Shown here: in pieces, positions 43,859 through 53,829 of the stretch | Layout: the number at the start of each line of letters is the position of its first letter | Position numbering within the stretch: the first letter of the stretch is position 1 | Virus record (IMG/VR): IMGVR_UViG_3300044700_000691 | Span: 1 to 64,000 of that record | Length of the DNA stretch: 64,000 nucleotides | Reading direction: 5' to 3' (one strand) | Made by a program: the position numbers and the translations under genes | Notes under the pieces: model-generated | What the model was told of the DNA's origin: nothing | Databases searched by the model: none | The model's input: only the letters and a program-made list of their open reading frames with translations

Positions 43859-46426
43859 TTAAAACATTTTAAGTAAGTCGCTAGCAGTCACCGAACCTCC
43901 AAAGAAATTTGGTCTATACGATGGATCGGCATCCAGTTTTTCAAATTCAGATTTGATTAATTGTGCTTCTCCAGGAGATGGATAAAAACTAATTGAGCCA
44001 GTTGTTGCTACATTGCCGGCTGTACGTTTATAATTATTTTCATACTCTTTAAGGGCACTCTTAAGTTTAGATTTAATTGATTCATATTCCATGTCCTGTG
44101 TCATTACCGCAGCTAACATATACCATAGTCCGCCGTGTTGCCAGTCGGTTCCGACTCTTTCTGAAATTACTTCTTGAATAGTGGCATCGGCTGGTAATTC
44201 GGTCATCATACCTGCATCTGAAATTGGAGAAGATATTCCCATTTGTTTTAGGGTAGCATCGACTGCTTCTTGATTAGCAATAGTAGCTTCACTACTAACT
44301 CCAGCTGCAACAAAATCTTGTTTTGGGCCGTTTTTAACTAGTGCACTATCCTTAGATGGAACGGTTGCGGCTAGCGCAAGTTCGTCTATTGCTTTATTTA
44401 CGTGACTTTGACAAATATCAACATAGCTAAGAGGACCTACTATTGCATTACCTCTTTTTGCTTTTTCTAATTCTTGTGATATTTCATCTGCTGCCGTAGT
44501 AGGTGTAGCATCTTCTGCCTCTAACAAAAACTGAGATCGACTTAGGATAAATTTAGTAGATTCCTTTTTTAAACCTAACGTACCCAATGCCTCAATACCT
44601 CCCATATCGCCTTGACCTAACTCTGCAATTGGACATCTAAGCGGAGCACCAATTACGTTTTTAGCAATAATTAGTTTATTTCGCATAACTCTACTTTTTC
44701 TAAGAGCTTGTGACCAGGTTCCTCCAACTTTTGCTAAATCGTCAAACCTTTTAATTGCACTAGATCCAGCTTTTGCAATATCAGCATATACCTCTGGATT
44801 TTTTGCAAAAAGTCTATACATTCCAACTACACCTGGGCCAGCTTCTTCTAATTTGGCTAGCGCCGCGGGGTTAGACAAAATTCCATTAAAAAATTTACTT
44901 AATTTGGCTGGATCATCTGAAATCTCTGCAACCAATCTAGCACTAAAGTTTGCACCTTTTTTAGTTGATATTTCAGCTGCATTGCCAGTTAATCTAATTA
45001 AATCATCGGCTGGTAAATCGCTAATACGTTTCATTCCAGCAAATAGCGCCTCAGCTTTACGACCCTCCATCCAAGCAGATTTAAGCTTTTCAATTTGGCT
45101 AAGGTCGCTTGCTGTAAGAGGAACACCGTCAACTTTTTTAATTTCTTTCCATACAGAAATATATTCATCCCAACCTTTTTCTAAGAATTTGTCTAGATCC
45201 TTTCCTCCTGTTTTAAGAAGATCATCACTAATTTTAAGATTTGAATTTATAACGTCAATTAGTCTGCCGCCTTTAACAAAGCGCCCTGCTCCAGGTAATC
45301 CCTTTTCAATACGAGTTTGAAGAATTCCTTCAATACGTTTAACTTCTGCCATATTACCTGCGGCTTTTGCTGCAGTTAATTCAGACATTTTAGTTACTAC
45401 TCCAGCATCATTAACTACATCTGCTCCGATCTTAGTAACAATATCACTTCCAGTATCTGCTACTTTACTGGCATCTCCACTCTTGATTGCAGCTGTAATA
45501 TCATCTGAACCCTTAGTTGTAAGAGCTGCCATATCATCAATTGCAGAATCTAGATTTTTGGTAATTGGCGTAACTGCCGTGTCTAGCCATTTTCCAAGCT
45601 TTTTACCAAGCCCGCCGAATAACATACTTACTGGCCATGATCTCAATAGTGCTTCAATGCCTCGACCTACTCCTTTTGCAAGGTTTATAAAAAATGTAAT
45701 AACTGGCTTTGCTCCAGAAAATATCTGTAAGAATTTAGCAAGTGTTGTAGGATCTTCTTTGGCAAGAGCCTTAACAATGCCTGCGTCAGCTTTACCTGTT
45801 TTAAATGCAACTTCAGCTAAATTGTTTATTTTCTTAAAGCCTTTTGCTAATTTTAATGCTTTGGCTGCATCACCAATTCCCGGTAGAGCTGCTGCAATTA
45901 CACTAATTAATGCTGATCCGTATTGACCTTCTAGTAAGTAAATTACCGCGTTTAGTCCATCTGCAACAATATCAATAGGAAAGCCAAAATATGAAGCTGG
46001 AATAAATCCAATAATATCTAATAATAAGTGTACGATACCTAGCGGCGAACCATTTTCGGTTAGGGCGTTCCAAATTGATCTAAGAGTATCAAAAAAGTCC
46101 TCGTTAACTGAATAGTAATGTTCAATTACTGAATCAAGGTTAAAATTAGATTCTGTAAATAGGGTAACACCAGTCGTTCCCATTGCATATAAAATATGCT
46201 CTAATTTAGAATTTTCAGAAAATCCAGACTGGCTAAGAGCAGCATCGTATCTTTGCGAATTTTCAATAAATTCATCTGATACTGATTCAGGCAAGACTGG
46301 TTTAATTGTGTCCAGCATTTGCATTAGGTCTGGACCAACTTCATTTAAGAAGTCAAATAGTGGATTAGAGTTATCAGATTCGTTAATTACAAATTGATCT
46401 CTACTTAAAATATATTTTGATGCCAT
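43859..46426 (-). CDS. large putative ejected protein with pre-toxin TG-like hydrophobic hairpin, 855 aa
   Basis: HLLLDIIGFIP...ADGLNAVIYLLEGQY..ALIS..AALPGIGDAAK; leader KYILSRDQFVINE repeated internally as KFILSRSQFLLE. Confidence 0.75.
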   Translation of the reverse strand: MASKYILSRDQFVINESDNSNPLFDFLNEVGPDLMQMLDTIKPVLPESVSDEFIENSQRYDAALSQSGFSENSKLEHILYAMGTTGVTLFTESNFNLDSVIEHYYSVNEDFFDTLRSIWNALTENGSPLGIVHLLLDIIGFIPASYFGFPIDIVADGLNAVIYLLEGQYGSALISVIAAALPGIGDAAKALKLAKGFKKINNLAEVAFKTGKADAGIVKALAKEDPTTLAKFLQIFSGAKPVITFFINLAKGVGRGIEALLRSWPVSMLFGGLGKKLGKWLDTAVTPITKNLDSAIDDMAALTTKGSDDITAAIKSGDASKVADTGSDIVTKIGADVVNDAGVVTKMSELTAAKAAGNMAEVKRIEGILQTRIEKGLPGAGRFVKGGRLIDVINSNLKISDDLLKTGGKDLDKFLEKGWDEYISVWKEIKKVDGVPLTASDLSQIEKLKSAWMEGRKAEALFAGMKRISDLPADDLIRLTGNAAEISTKKGANFSARLVAEISDDPAKLSKFFNGILSNPAALAKLEEAGPGVVGMYRLFAKNPEVYADIAKAGSSAIKRFDDLAKVGGTWSQALRKSRVMRNKLIIAKNVIGAPLRCPIAELGQGDMGGIEALGTLGLKKESTKFILSRSQFLLEAEDATPTTAADEISQELEKAKRGNAIVGPLSYVDICQSHVNKAIDELALAATVPSKDSALVKNGPKQDFVAAGVSSEATIANQEAVDATLKQMGISSPISDAGMMTELPADATIQEVISERVGTDWQHGGLWYMLAAVMTQDMEYESIKSKLKSALKEYENNYKRTAGNVATTGSISFYPSPGEAQLIKSEFEKLDADPSYRPNFFGGSVTASDLLKMF

Positions 46427-46452
46427 TTAGTAGTAGGGCCATTTTTCTTTAT

Positions 46453-47559
46453 TTATCTACACGGAAACAGGTTTGAAATACATTTAGAATAGATGGCAGC
46501 TCGGTCAGAGGGGCTAGAATCTTTAAAAAATGCTAAAATTTCTTCTAACTTATGTAAATCTGTAAATCCAAGAGCTTCATGGATACGATAGTCCATATAA
46601 GATACCGGTATTGCACCAAAAATAAGGCTTTCGTATACCCTGGCTGGATAAAATCCTCGCTCTAGATATAGATCCTTTGAGATATTTAGACTTATTGCTG
46701 AACCTGCATATTCATTCCAAATATCAGATCGGTCAGTTCTCTTTATTAATTTAATATTCTTTTCTTGAAAATCACTAGTTAGGGCCGGATCAAGTTTACC
46801 AGCAATTGCAACATCGTATTTTTTACCAGTGAATGATTTAAAATCAGCAGACGTCTTTATTGCATCAACCACAATTGGATTTTTAGCATGACCTACTTTA
46901 TAATTACCAAATGAAATATTTCCATAATAAAATACTTTGTCATTTCTTTCAAATCTGTCAGTTTCGTCTAACCATACCTTTTCACAGGCTTTAATAAAAT
47001 CCTTTGATACATTTGGATAGTCTATTGATGGAATTTCAAATGTTATTCCTTGAGATTTACAAAAATCAACAAATTCTGGATCAAGTGAAAGATCTGTATC
47101 TAATATTACAACTTTATTGGCTTGACCAGTTTGAATTGCTGCTTTAATAAGAAGTTCAAACTGTCGCGCATCAGTTAACTGTTTAGTTAAGGTTGAAAGA
47201 TTTCTAAATCTGGCTTTTAGGAAAATTTTATCGTATCTGCCCTTTTCAATATTTTCAGCAACTTTAGCAAATCCTAAATTATAGGACCTGATTCTTTCTT
47301 TAGTAAACTTTTCAAATACTGGAGTAACTGGGCTGGTTGGCCAAATTGGAGACTTTTGAGTTGCGCCAACTTGATCGTGTGATAAGTATGAATAAAAATC
47401 TACCTTATCAATATGGTGATGATTACACAATTGATCTATTAAACCAATTTGGTAAAAAGTATGTCCTGGTATATCAGTTGAAAAATCTCCAAGATATCCA
47501 AAATATGCATATAGTGCAGCTGGCGTGTTCATATCTTTATTATACAATAGTTTCATCAT
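46453..47559 (-). CDS. GT-B glycosyltransferase-like protein (start may be 47532)
   Basis: FYYGN...ISLNISK...FYPARVYESLIFGAIP, typical of GT-B C-terminal domains. Confidence 0.65.
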   Translation of the reverse strand: MMKLLYNKDMNTPAALYAYFGYLGDFSTDIPGHTFYQIGLIDQLCNHHHIDKVDFYSYLSHDQVGATQKSPIWPTSPVTPVFEKFTKERIRSYNLGFAKVAENIEKGRYDKIFLKARFRNLSTLTKQLTDARQFELLIKAAIQTGQANKVVILDTDLSLDPEFVDFCKSQGITFEIPSIDYPNVSKDFIKACEKVWLDETDRFERNDKVFYYGNISFGNYKVGHAKNPIVVDAIKTSADFKSFTGKKYDVAIAGKLDPALTSDFQEKNIKLIKRTDRSDIWNEYAGSAISLNISKDLYLERGFYPARVYESLIFGAIPVSYMDYRIHEALGFTDLHKLEEILAFFKDSSPSDRAAIYSKCISNLFPCR

Positions 47560-47567
47560 AAGATTAC

Positions 47568-47594
47568 AAAAAAAGCCGAGTATTACTCGGCTTT
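47568..47594 (-). terminator. intrinsic terminator
   Basis: AAAGCCGAGTA/TACTCGGCTTT with a T run on the minus strand. Confidence 0.8.
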
Positions 47595-47613
47595 AATAAA
47601 AAGTTAATTTAGA

Positions 47614-48432
47614 TTAGCCTCTCTTTACTGCAGCAAAGTGAGTAATCCAGGTTTTAGTGTTTTCAACATTTGGACATACATAAATGTCATCAAAGTTGGC
47701 TTTAAAAATATCTAAGATTTCATTAAATTTTTCAACTCGGCCTTTAGATAAGTTACGATAGTGGAAGTGGTATTCAATAATTGCGATTCTGATATTTGAC
47801 CAATCCTCTACAGATTTAATCAAGTCATATTCTAAGCCTTCAACATCCATTTTTAGGCAAGTTGCCTCTTTAAGAGCATCTTTAAAGTTTTTAGCTGGAA
47901 CTGTTACTTGAGTACGGCCTCTAACTGGAAGCAGTGAGTGTTTGCCTGAATCCCATGCTAAAAAGAAATCTACATTTTTTGTATCATCATCTGATACAAG
48001 TGCAGCTTCAATCATTTCGCATCGATCAGCTACGCCATTTTCTCCAAGATTAAGTTCAGCAAACTCAATATTATTATGGAAAGGCTCATATGACAAAACC
48101 TTCTTGATACGAGGAAACTGTGTTAAGAGTCTAGTTGCAAAAATGCCGATATGCCCGCCTGCATCTAACCAAACGTCTTCCTGATCTAAATTTTCTAGTT
48201 GAAATTGATGACCATTAGTATTCCAATCGGTTCTAAATAGTGGACTAAAGTATTCCCCGCCTGTAGCAGTTTTACTGATGTTTTGATTAATATTGTATTT
48301 AACTTCATCTTCTGATCTTACGAATAAACTGTAATTGAAATAGGGTGTGTCTTTTTTAGTATGGATTAAGAGTCCGCGTTCTCTAGCTTCTTCTAAACTA
48401 ATCAATACATCTGCTGTTTTCTGTTTTGCCAT
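47614..48432 (-). CDS. FkbM-family SAM-dependent methyltransferase
   Basis: WLDAGGHIGIF, SYEP, LKMDVEGLEY, IIEYH. Confidence 0.88.
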   Translation of the reverse strand: MAKQKTADVLISLEEARERGLLIHTKKDTPYFNYSLFVRSEDEVKYNINQNISKTATGGEYFSPLFRTDWNTNGHQFQLENLDQEDVWLDAGGHIGIFATRLLTQFPRIKKVLSYEPFHNNIEFAELNLGENGVADRCEMIEAALVSDDDTKNVDFFLAWDSGKHSLLPVRGRTQVTVPAKNFKDALKEATCLKMDVEGLEYDLIKSVEDWSNIRIAIIEYHFHYRNLSKGRVEKFNEILDIFKANFDDIYVCPNVENTKTWITHFAAVKRG

Positions 48433-48469
48433 GTTACTACTTTAAGTATGTTTAGAATATTATACTAAT

Positions 48470-48496
48470 AAAAAAGCCCGAGTTACCTCAGGCTTT
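48470..48496 (-). terminator. intrinsic terminator
   Basis: minus strand AAAGCCTGAG/CTCGGGCTTT plus T run. Confidence 0.75.
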
Positions 48497-48522
48497 AAAA
48501 AAATATTTAGGTATTCTAAAAA

Positions 48523-50190
48523 TTACATAGTTTCAACTTCTGGCGTAATCTCCTTTTCTGGAGCAGTTTTACCATTACTTAGTTGATATTCTTTAGACGC
48601 AGTGTCTACTCCAGAGATTTCAACTGGTTCGCCTTCATGCATTACTTTATCACCAATCGAAAATGCTGTACCAGCTTCTCCAATAATTGGGTCAGTCTCT
48701 AAACTATCATCTAGTGTAAGATATTCGTCTTTAAGACCTACTATACTTGAGTTAATTGTATGCTTAAGAGTTTCAAGTTGATCTTGAGTTTCTTCGTCAG
48801 CTTCAGCAATTACTGAATCTAATTGTTCAATAGACTCTTCTAATTTAGCAATATCAGATTTAATTACTAATTTTCTTTCATTAACACTTTTAATAAATTC
48901 TTGTCTTTCAGAAAGTTGGATTGCAAAAAGATCGCTTACGTCATAGTTAAAAGTTTCAGCAACATATTTGTGGAAACCTAGCGTATCGTATTTTCTAAGA
49001 CCTTGTCTGTCTAAAACAAAGATACCAGATTTTTCAGTATTGATTGCATAGCTTTGTGCACCTTCAGTAACAAATCTTTGAACGAATTCAAATTGAGCAA
49101 CCATATTTGCATTTTCTAAAATCTTTGCAACATTTTGCTTAAACGCAATTGTTTCAACAACTAGAGTTTTATAAATTTCTGAGCTATTTAAGTCTTCTGC
49201 GATATTACCATTGATTTCAAATGAAACTTCGCCTTCTGGAGAAACTTTAAATGCAATAGTATTTGCTTTACCTTTAGCTTCAACTCCATGTTCAGTTGGT
49301 TTAAAACCTAATTCTGTGTAAGCCTTTGCAGTTTGAGCAAATTCATCTTCTTGAGGAATTGATGCGAATGGAACCATTTCAGCTTCTTCTTCATCATTCA
49401 TATCAATAATATGGTTTTCAATTAACACTCTAACTCCCTTAGCAGTTTTAGTATAAATTCCAATTACTGGGTTAATTTTAGTAGAACCGTTACCTGAACC
49501 TAAACTAAATCCTCCATTTTGAGAAGATTCAAATTGAGCAAGTCTATTTAATAGGTTTTTAATAACTGGCTGTGCAGTAGCTTCAGCAAGAATCATAGTT
49601 AAGGCATCAACTGAAGTTCTACCTTCAAGTATAGCGGTTTCTAATTTTTCAGAAACTTTAGCATAGTATGCATTTGGAGCTTTCTTTAAATCTGCAATAG
49701 TATTAAAGATTGCAAGAGTTGCTCTATTTTCGGCAACATATTTAGTTAAGTCTGCAACTACAGCTTTAACGGTTGAATCAAATGAAAACGGAGAAAGTTT
49801 TGCAATAACTGATTCTATTACAATTGGCTCTGAATTTACAGAAGCATATTTCTCAATACCAGAAATAATAGTCTTAAGGATAGGATCAGCGTATGCGGCA
49901 GATTCTTTGATTTGAGCAATCTTAGGAAGAATTGCTGCACCATTTTCAATCATTTTTAACTTTTTGGCCGGTGTGTTTGACAATTCGTTAAATTTCTTAA
50001 CGATTGCATCAAGCTCACTATTTTGTAATTTTTCACTAACTTCAGCTAGATCGGCTAGTGCCTGCTCGATGTCGCCAGAAGCAGTAACGTTGGCTTCAAT
50101 GCCAGCGACGAACATCTGTAGCATTCTGCTCTCAGATACAGCGGTAGCTGTTTTTAATTCTTTGATTAAGTTTTTTGTTAAGTCGTTCAT
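48523..50190 (-). CDS. late coiled-coil protein, 555 aa (head core/structural candidate)
   Basis: late promoter; helical composition. Confidence 0.75.
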   Translation of the reverse strand: MNDLTKNLIKELKTATAVSESRMLQMFVAGIEANVTASGDIEQALADLAEVSEKLQNSELDAIVKKFNELSNTPAKKLKMIENGAAILPKIAQIKESAAYADPILKTIISGIEKYASVNSEPIVIESVIAKLSPFSFDSTVKAVVADLTKYVAENRATLAIFNTIADLKKAPNAYYAKVSEKLETAILEGRTSVDALTMILAEATAQPVIKNLLNRLAQFESSQNGGFSLGSGNGSTKINPVIGIYTKTAKGVRVLIENHIIDMNDEEEAEMVPFASIPQEDEFAQTAKAYTELGFKPTEHGVEAKGKANTIAFKVSPEGEVSFEINGNIAEDLNSSEIYKTLVVETIAFKQNVAKILENANMVAQFEFVQRFVTEGAQSYAINTEKSGIFVLDRQGLRKYDTLGFHKYVAETFNYDVSDLFAIQLSERQEFIKSVNERKLVIKSDIAKLEESIEQLDSVIAEADEETQDQLETLKHTINSSIVGLKDEYLTLDDSLETDPIIGEAGTAFSIGDKVMHEGEPVEISGVDTASKEYQLSNGKTAPEKEITPEVETM

Positions 50191-50253
50191 TATTCGACGA
50201 TCTATTTTTTATTATTTATCTGTGTAGTTTAATACGAATACACCAAATTAAAA

Positions 50254-52287
50254 CTATTGAAGAAGTTCACTTGACCCATACTGTTCACCGCTGTCAAACC
50301 GTGGTTTTCTTGGATATCGTACTGGTGAAGATTGTCTAATAGGATTAGTATTTGTTCTTGGAATATCTTCAACATTACCAGCTGGCTGCGATACTATGTC
50401 TTTAACCGAAGATGTTTTAAGTTTGGCATTTTCTGACTCAAGCTCAGTTATTCTAACCTTTAGCGATTCTACAGTATCTGTCAAATCTGATTCAGCTCTG
50501 GCTTTACTTAGTTGCTGAGCATTTTCTGTGTCTGCTGTTGAAATCTCATCTGATTTATACCACTTTCCAGTATATAGGGCAGAACGGCTGCCGTCTTTAC
50601 CTACGGTAACTATATAGAATTTAGCATCATCTAGGTTTTGAATTTTAGCCGTGATTGCAGAATCTACCTTAAATAATATTTCACCAAGATCAATATTTGC
50701 TTGAGCAGGGTCAGTAACATTGGCAACCGTTACCTTCGATGCAGCTGAGCCAAATACTAGTTCAAATCTACTAAATTGAGTTAAATCCATATTGTTTAAT
50801 CTAACCGCGCCTTGATTAGTAGTCGATTCAGTTTTTACCTGAAACATAAATGTGTTATCGAACGGCGTTACTGCAATTGATAGTAAACCTTGACCGTATG
50901 AAAGATTTGATACTTTGCCAGATCTTACTAGGTGATTTTTTTGAGATATTGCAATTGAATTTCTAACATAGAAAACTGGCACATATTGAGTAACTGTGTT
51001 TGTTATTACAGTAGGTTGAACTGCGGCGACAGCCGGTTGTTGAATTGCAGCAGGTTTAACCATTGATGGATCATTAAACACTTGAACTGAATCTGTTAAT
51101 TTTTTAACAATCACATTTGATATTTTATATGAATTTGGTTTATCTGCAAGATCCAATTTAAGTAGAGATTTTCCGTATTTGTTTGGATTAACTACAGTTA
51201 GGGATGCTGTTCTGATAATTTGTTCGTTAGTTACTCTATTTACAAGTCTAACTGAATAGTCTACGACCATTGTCACAGCTTCATTTGCATTCTTAAGAAT
51301 TGGTCTAAATATTAAAGGCTCATCAAAGTTAGTTTCTTGAAAAAACGTTGCATCACCGCTTTTAATAAAAGAGGATCCAATTTGTTCAAAGATAGTTAAT
51401 TGGTGAAAAATTATCCAGTCTTGACCAGTTCTTTTTTCAAGAATTCCGATAAACTCTTCTGGAAAACCCTGATCCCAAGTTGCAAAAAATTCTAAATAGT
51501 CGCCGTCTATAGCTTCTCTAACCTTTGCTCCAACCAGATCAAAGTCGTTTCCTTGTGAAATTTGTGCATTATACGCTTGTGTAATATCAATTGTAGTATA
51601 AATTTCATCTTGAGTCGCTAGGTCTGGCCCAAATGCACACTCAAATAAATTTACAGTAATTGGATTATCTTTAACTAAACCTATACCATTTGTAATTTGG
51701 TAAGCAAACGTATTTGCCTGGTTTGGCGAAGTATAGAAAGCCTCATCCATATTTTTTATAGATGGGACAATTATATCAATATATCGATCATATAGGGTAT
51801 TTCCAATAATAAGCGGCCGTGTAGTGTAGAGAAGAACATCGCCGAGGGTTGTTGCATTTAATAAAATATTTGCTAAAATCAGTGAATTACCATTGTTCAT
51901 GTCCTGTCTAATTGATAGGACCATATTGGTAAACTCTGTGAATTGAAAGCCGGTTGCAATATAAAATCTAACTCTATCTGCTATAATTGATCCACCTGGA
52001 ACAACAGTTTCGGTTAATGTTGTATCGTATTCAGTATAGTTTGGACTGTTTTCTGAATCAAGATATACAAAGCGGCCTCCATTAGTTGCCTGAGGAATGA
52101 CAGTTAAGTCTTTAATGTTTCCAGTTTCATATAGTGCAGAATCTGGATTATACATGAATATTTCGTTATCACCATTCTTTAATGTATAAAATGGTGAAGT
52201 TATTATGATTGGATTAGATGGTGATAGAGACTCGTATTGATACTCTAGCAAACAATATTCCGTTAACTTAATAAATCTAGATTGCAT
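50254..52287 (-). CDS. putative structural protein, 677 aa
   Basis: long beta-rich ORF in the structural cluster. Confidence 0.75.
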   Translation of the reverse strand: MQSRFIKLTEYCLLEYQYESLSPSNPIIITSPFYTLKNGDNEIFMYNPDSALYETGNIKDLTVIPQATNGGRFVYLDSENSPNYTEYDTTLTETVVPGGSIIADRVRFYIATGFQFTEFTNMVLSIRQDMNNGNSLILANILLNATTLGDVLLYTTRPLIIGNTLYDRYIDIIVPSIKNMDEAFYTSPNQANTFAYQITNGIGLVKDNPITVNLFECAFGPDLATQDEIYTTIDITQAYNAQISQGNDFDLVGAKVREAIDGDYLEFFATWDQGFPEEFIGILEKRTGQDWIIFHQLTIFEQIGSSFIKSGDATFFQETNFDEPLIFRPILKNANEAVTMVVDYSVRLVNRVTNEQIIRTASLTVVNPNKYGKSLLKLDLADKPNSYKISNVIVKKLTDSVQVFNDPSMVKPAAIQQPAVAAVQPTVITNTVTQYVPVFYVRNSIAISQKNHLVRSGKVSNLSYGQGLLSIAVTPFDNTFMFQVKTESTTNQGAVRLNNMDLTQFSRFELVFGSAASKVTVANVTDPAQANIDLGEILFKVDSAITAKIQNLDDAKFYIVTVGKDGSRSALYTGKWYKSDEISTADTENAQQLSKARAESDLTDTVESLKVRITELESENAKLKTSSVKDIVSQPAGNVEDIPRTNTNPIRQSSPVRYPRKPRFDSGEQYGSSELLQ

Positions 52288-52314
52288 TTTTGCTCTATAC
52301 TAATTTTTATGGAC

Positions 52315-52539
52315 TTACGATAAAAGTTCGTTTAACGTAATTTTTTTATCGACTATTCCTATATTATCTATTAGCATGTGTTCGCGATCTCTTAGCGACT
52401 CTAGTCTGCTCAATAATAAATCTTTTTGTAATTCTAGGTTAGAAGCCATCATTTCAAGCCTTTCTAATTCTTCAAATATTTGAGAATATTCAAGGACGAT
52501 ACCCTTTGCTTCAATTTTGATATTTGTTGGTATTTCCAT
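52315..52539 (-). CDS. small coiled-coil protein
   Basis: heptad pattern. Confidence 0.7.
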   Translation of the reverse strand: MEIPTNIKIEAKGIVLEYSQIFEELERLEMMASNLELQKDLLLSRLESLRDREHMLIDNIGIVDKKITLNELLS

Positions 52540-52543
52540 ATTA

Positions 52544-53593
52544 TTATAATTTAACTCTAAGTTGGCCAGACTTCATTAAGTTTAGCATTTGCATAAGATA
52601 TACTGCTGAATTATCCGACTGTCCGCCTGGCATAACCACAGTATTTCCGCCGCCGGCTGTTGGCATTTCCATATTAGGTTGAGCTTGGCCTTGATTAACT
52701 GTATTAGTATTATACTGAGAATTTTCGCTTGTTACAAAATTTGATGAATTAGTTAAAGTTTGGGTATTTTCTGCCATTTGCTTAAGTGCAGATAACGAGG
52801 CAGCTCCAAAATCGGGTTTAACAATATCCTTTGTAATTTGAAGCGTACTTTTATTTGGTTCGCTAAATGTCATATTTTTACTAACTTCGCCTGGGGCTGA
52901 GGTGGCTCCGCCTACCCCGCCGTTAAGTATATTTGTTGCAAAGTTAGAAATAGTTTCAGATAGATTTGAAACATTCTGTGAAGTTTGGTCAAATCTAGTC
53001 TCTTGTGAATTTATTAAGTTAGTTGATGCAACTGCAGCAATATTTTCAGGCTGAGTCAGTTTAGGTTTTTCAGTTAACTCTGTAACCAGTGCGCCTATTG
53101 TATTTGAGATTGAACTTATTGAACTTTCTTTTTCAAGTTCAGCTGTTTGGGTAAGTTGATTAGTTATAATAGATTGAATATCAGAAAATCTGTTATCGGA
53201 TTGTCCCTGAATTAATTGTCGAATCTCTTCTTTATCACTAGTAATAGTTTCGATTTTATTAAATCTTTGCTCAAAATAGGATGCAAGTGGATCAAGCGCA
53301 GCATTTGAATTTTGCTGAACTGCCTGAAAGGTTTTAACATCATCTTTAATAGAAACTGACTCCTGTGCCGATTTAATTTTAGCAAATTCAGCTTGGATTT
53401 GAGCAAAATACTCTAGCGGATTAAAATTAGGTATAGTTAGCTCGGTTTCAGTTTTTAACTGACCTTGTGCAACATTAGGAGACTCTTCTGGCTTGTTAAA
53501 ATTAACGAGTCCAGATAGATTTAAATTTATCCCAGGCAGAATAGGTTCTGGCTGACCCTCGGCAATCTTAGCAAGATCAATAAAAAGTTCCAT
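52544..53593 (-). CDS. Q/S/T/N-rich late protein (tail/baseplate hub associated candidate)
   Basis: late promoter; follows the hub chaperone genes. Confidence 0.7.
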   Translation of the reverse strand: MELFIDLAKIAEGQPEPILPGINLNLSGLVNFNKPEESPNVAQGQLKTETELTIPNFNPLEYFAQIQAEFAKIKSAQESVSIKDDVKTFQAVQQNSNAALDPLASYFEQRFNKIETITSDKEEIRQLIQGQSDNRFSDIQSIITNQLTQTAELEKESSISSISNTIGALVTELTEKPKLTQPENIAAVASTNLINSQETRFDQTSQNVSNLSETISNFATNILNGGVGGATSAPGEVSKNMTFSEPNKSTLQITKDIVKPDFGAASLSALKQMAENTQTLTNSSNFVTSENSQYNTNTVNQGQAQPNMEMPTAGGGNTVVMPGGQSDNSAVYLMQMLNLMKSGQLRVKL

Positions 53594-53637
53594 CTATACT
53601 TCTTTTTGTTATTTATTGAAATTTTTTCGAAAATTGA

Positions 53638-53829
53638 TTACGCCAACTTTCCTGGTAAATTTGGAAGACCAGCGTCTAGCTCAGATTCAATTCGAGCATT
53701 GTTATCAGAAATCTGTTTATTTGTGATAGTTAAGTAGATTGAATATTCATAAAATGGTAGGCTGTACAATACATCTAGCGATTGATTCAGCTTCACGGCT
53801 AAGAACTTGTTAGTTTCAAACAAGTTCAC
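53638..53829 (-). CDS. small baseplate hub/tail assembly chaperone partner (possibly a frameshift extension)
   Basis: NLFETNKFL...SLDVLYSLPFYEYSIYL resembles the small ORF that follows gp26-like genes in T4-like phages. Confidence 0.6.
   Translation of the reverse strand: MNLFETNKFLAVKLNQSLDVLYSLPFYEYSIYLTITNKQISDNNARIESELDAGLPNLPGKLA

Noticed and set aside
43859-46426. Classical polymorphic toxin-immunity pair
   Set aside because: There is no recognisable C-terminal toxin motif or small downstream immunity gene; the next gene is another large leader-bearing protein.
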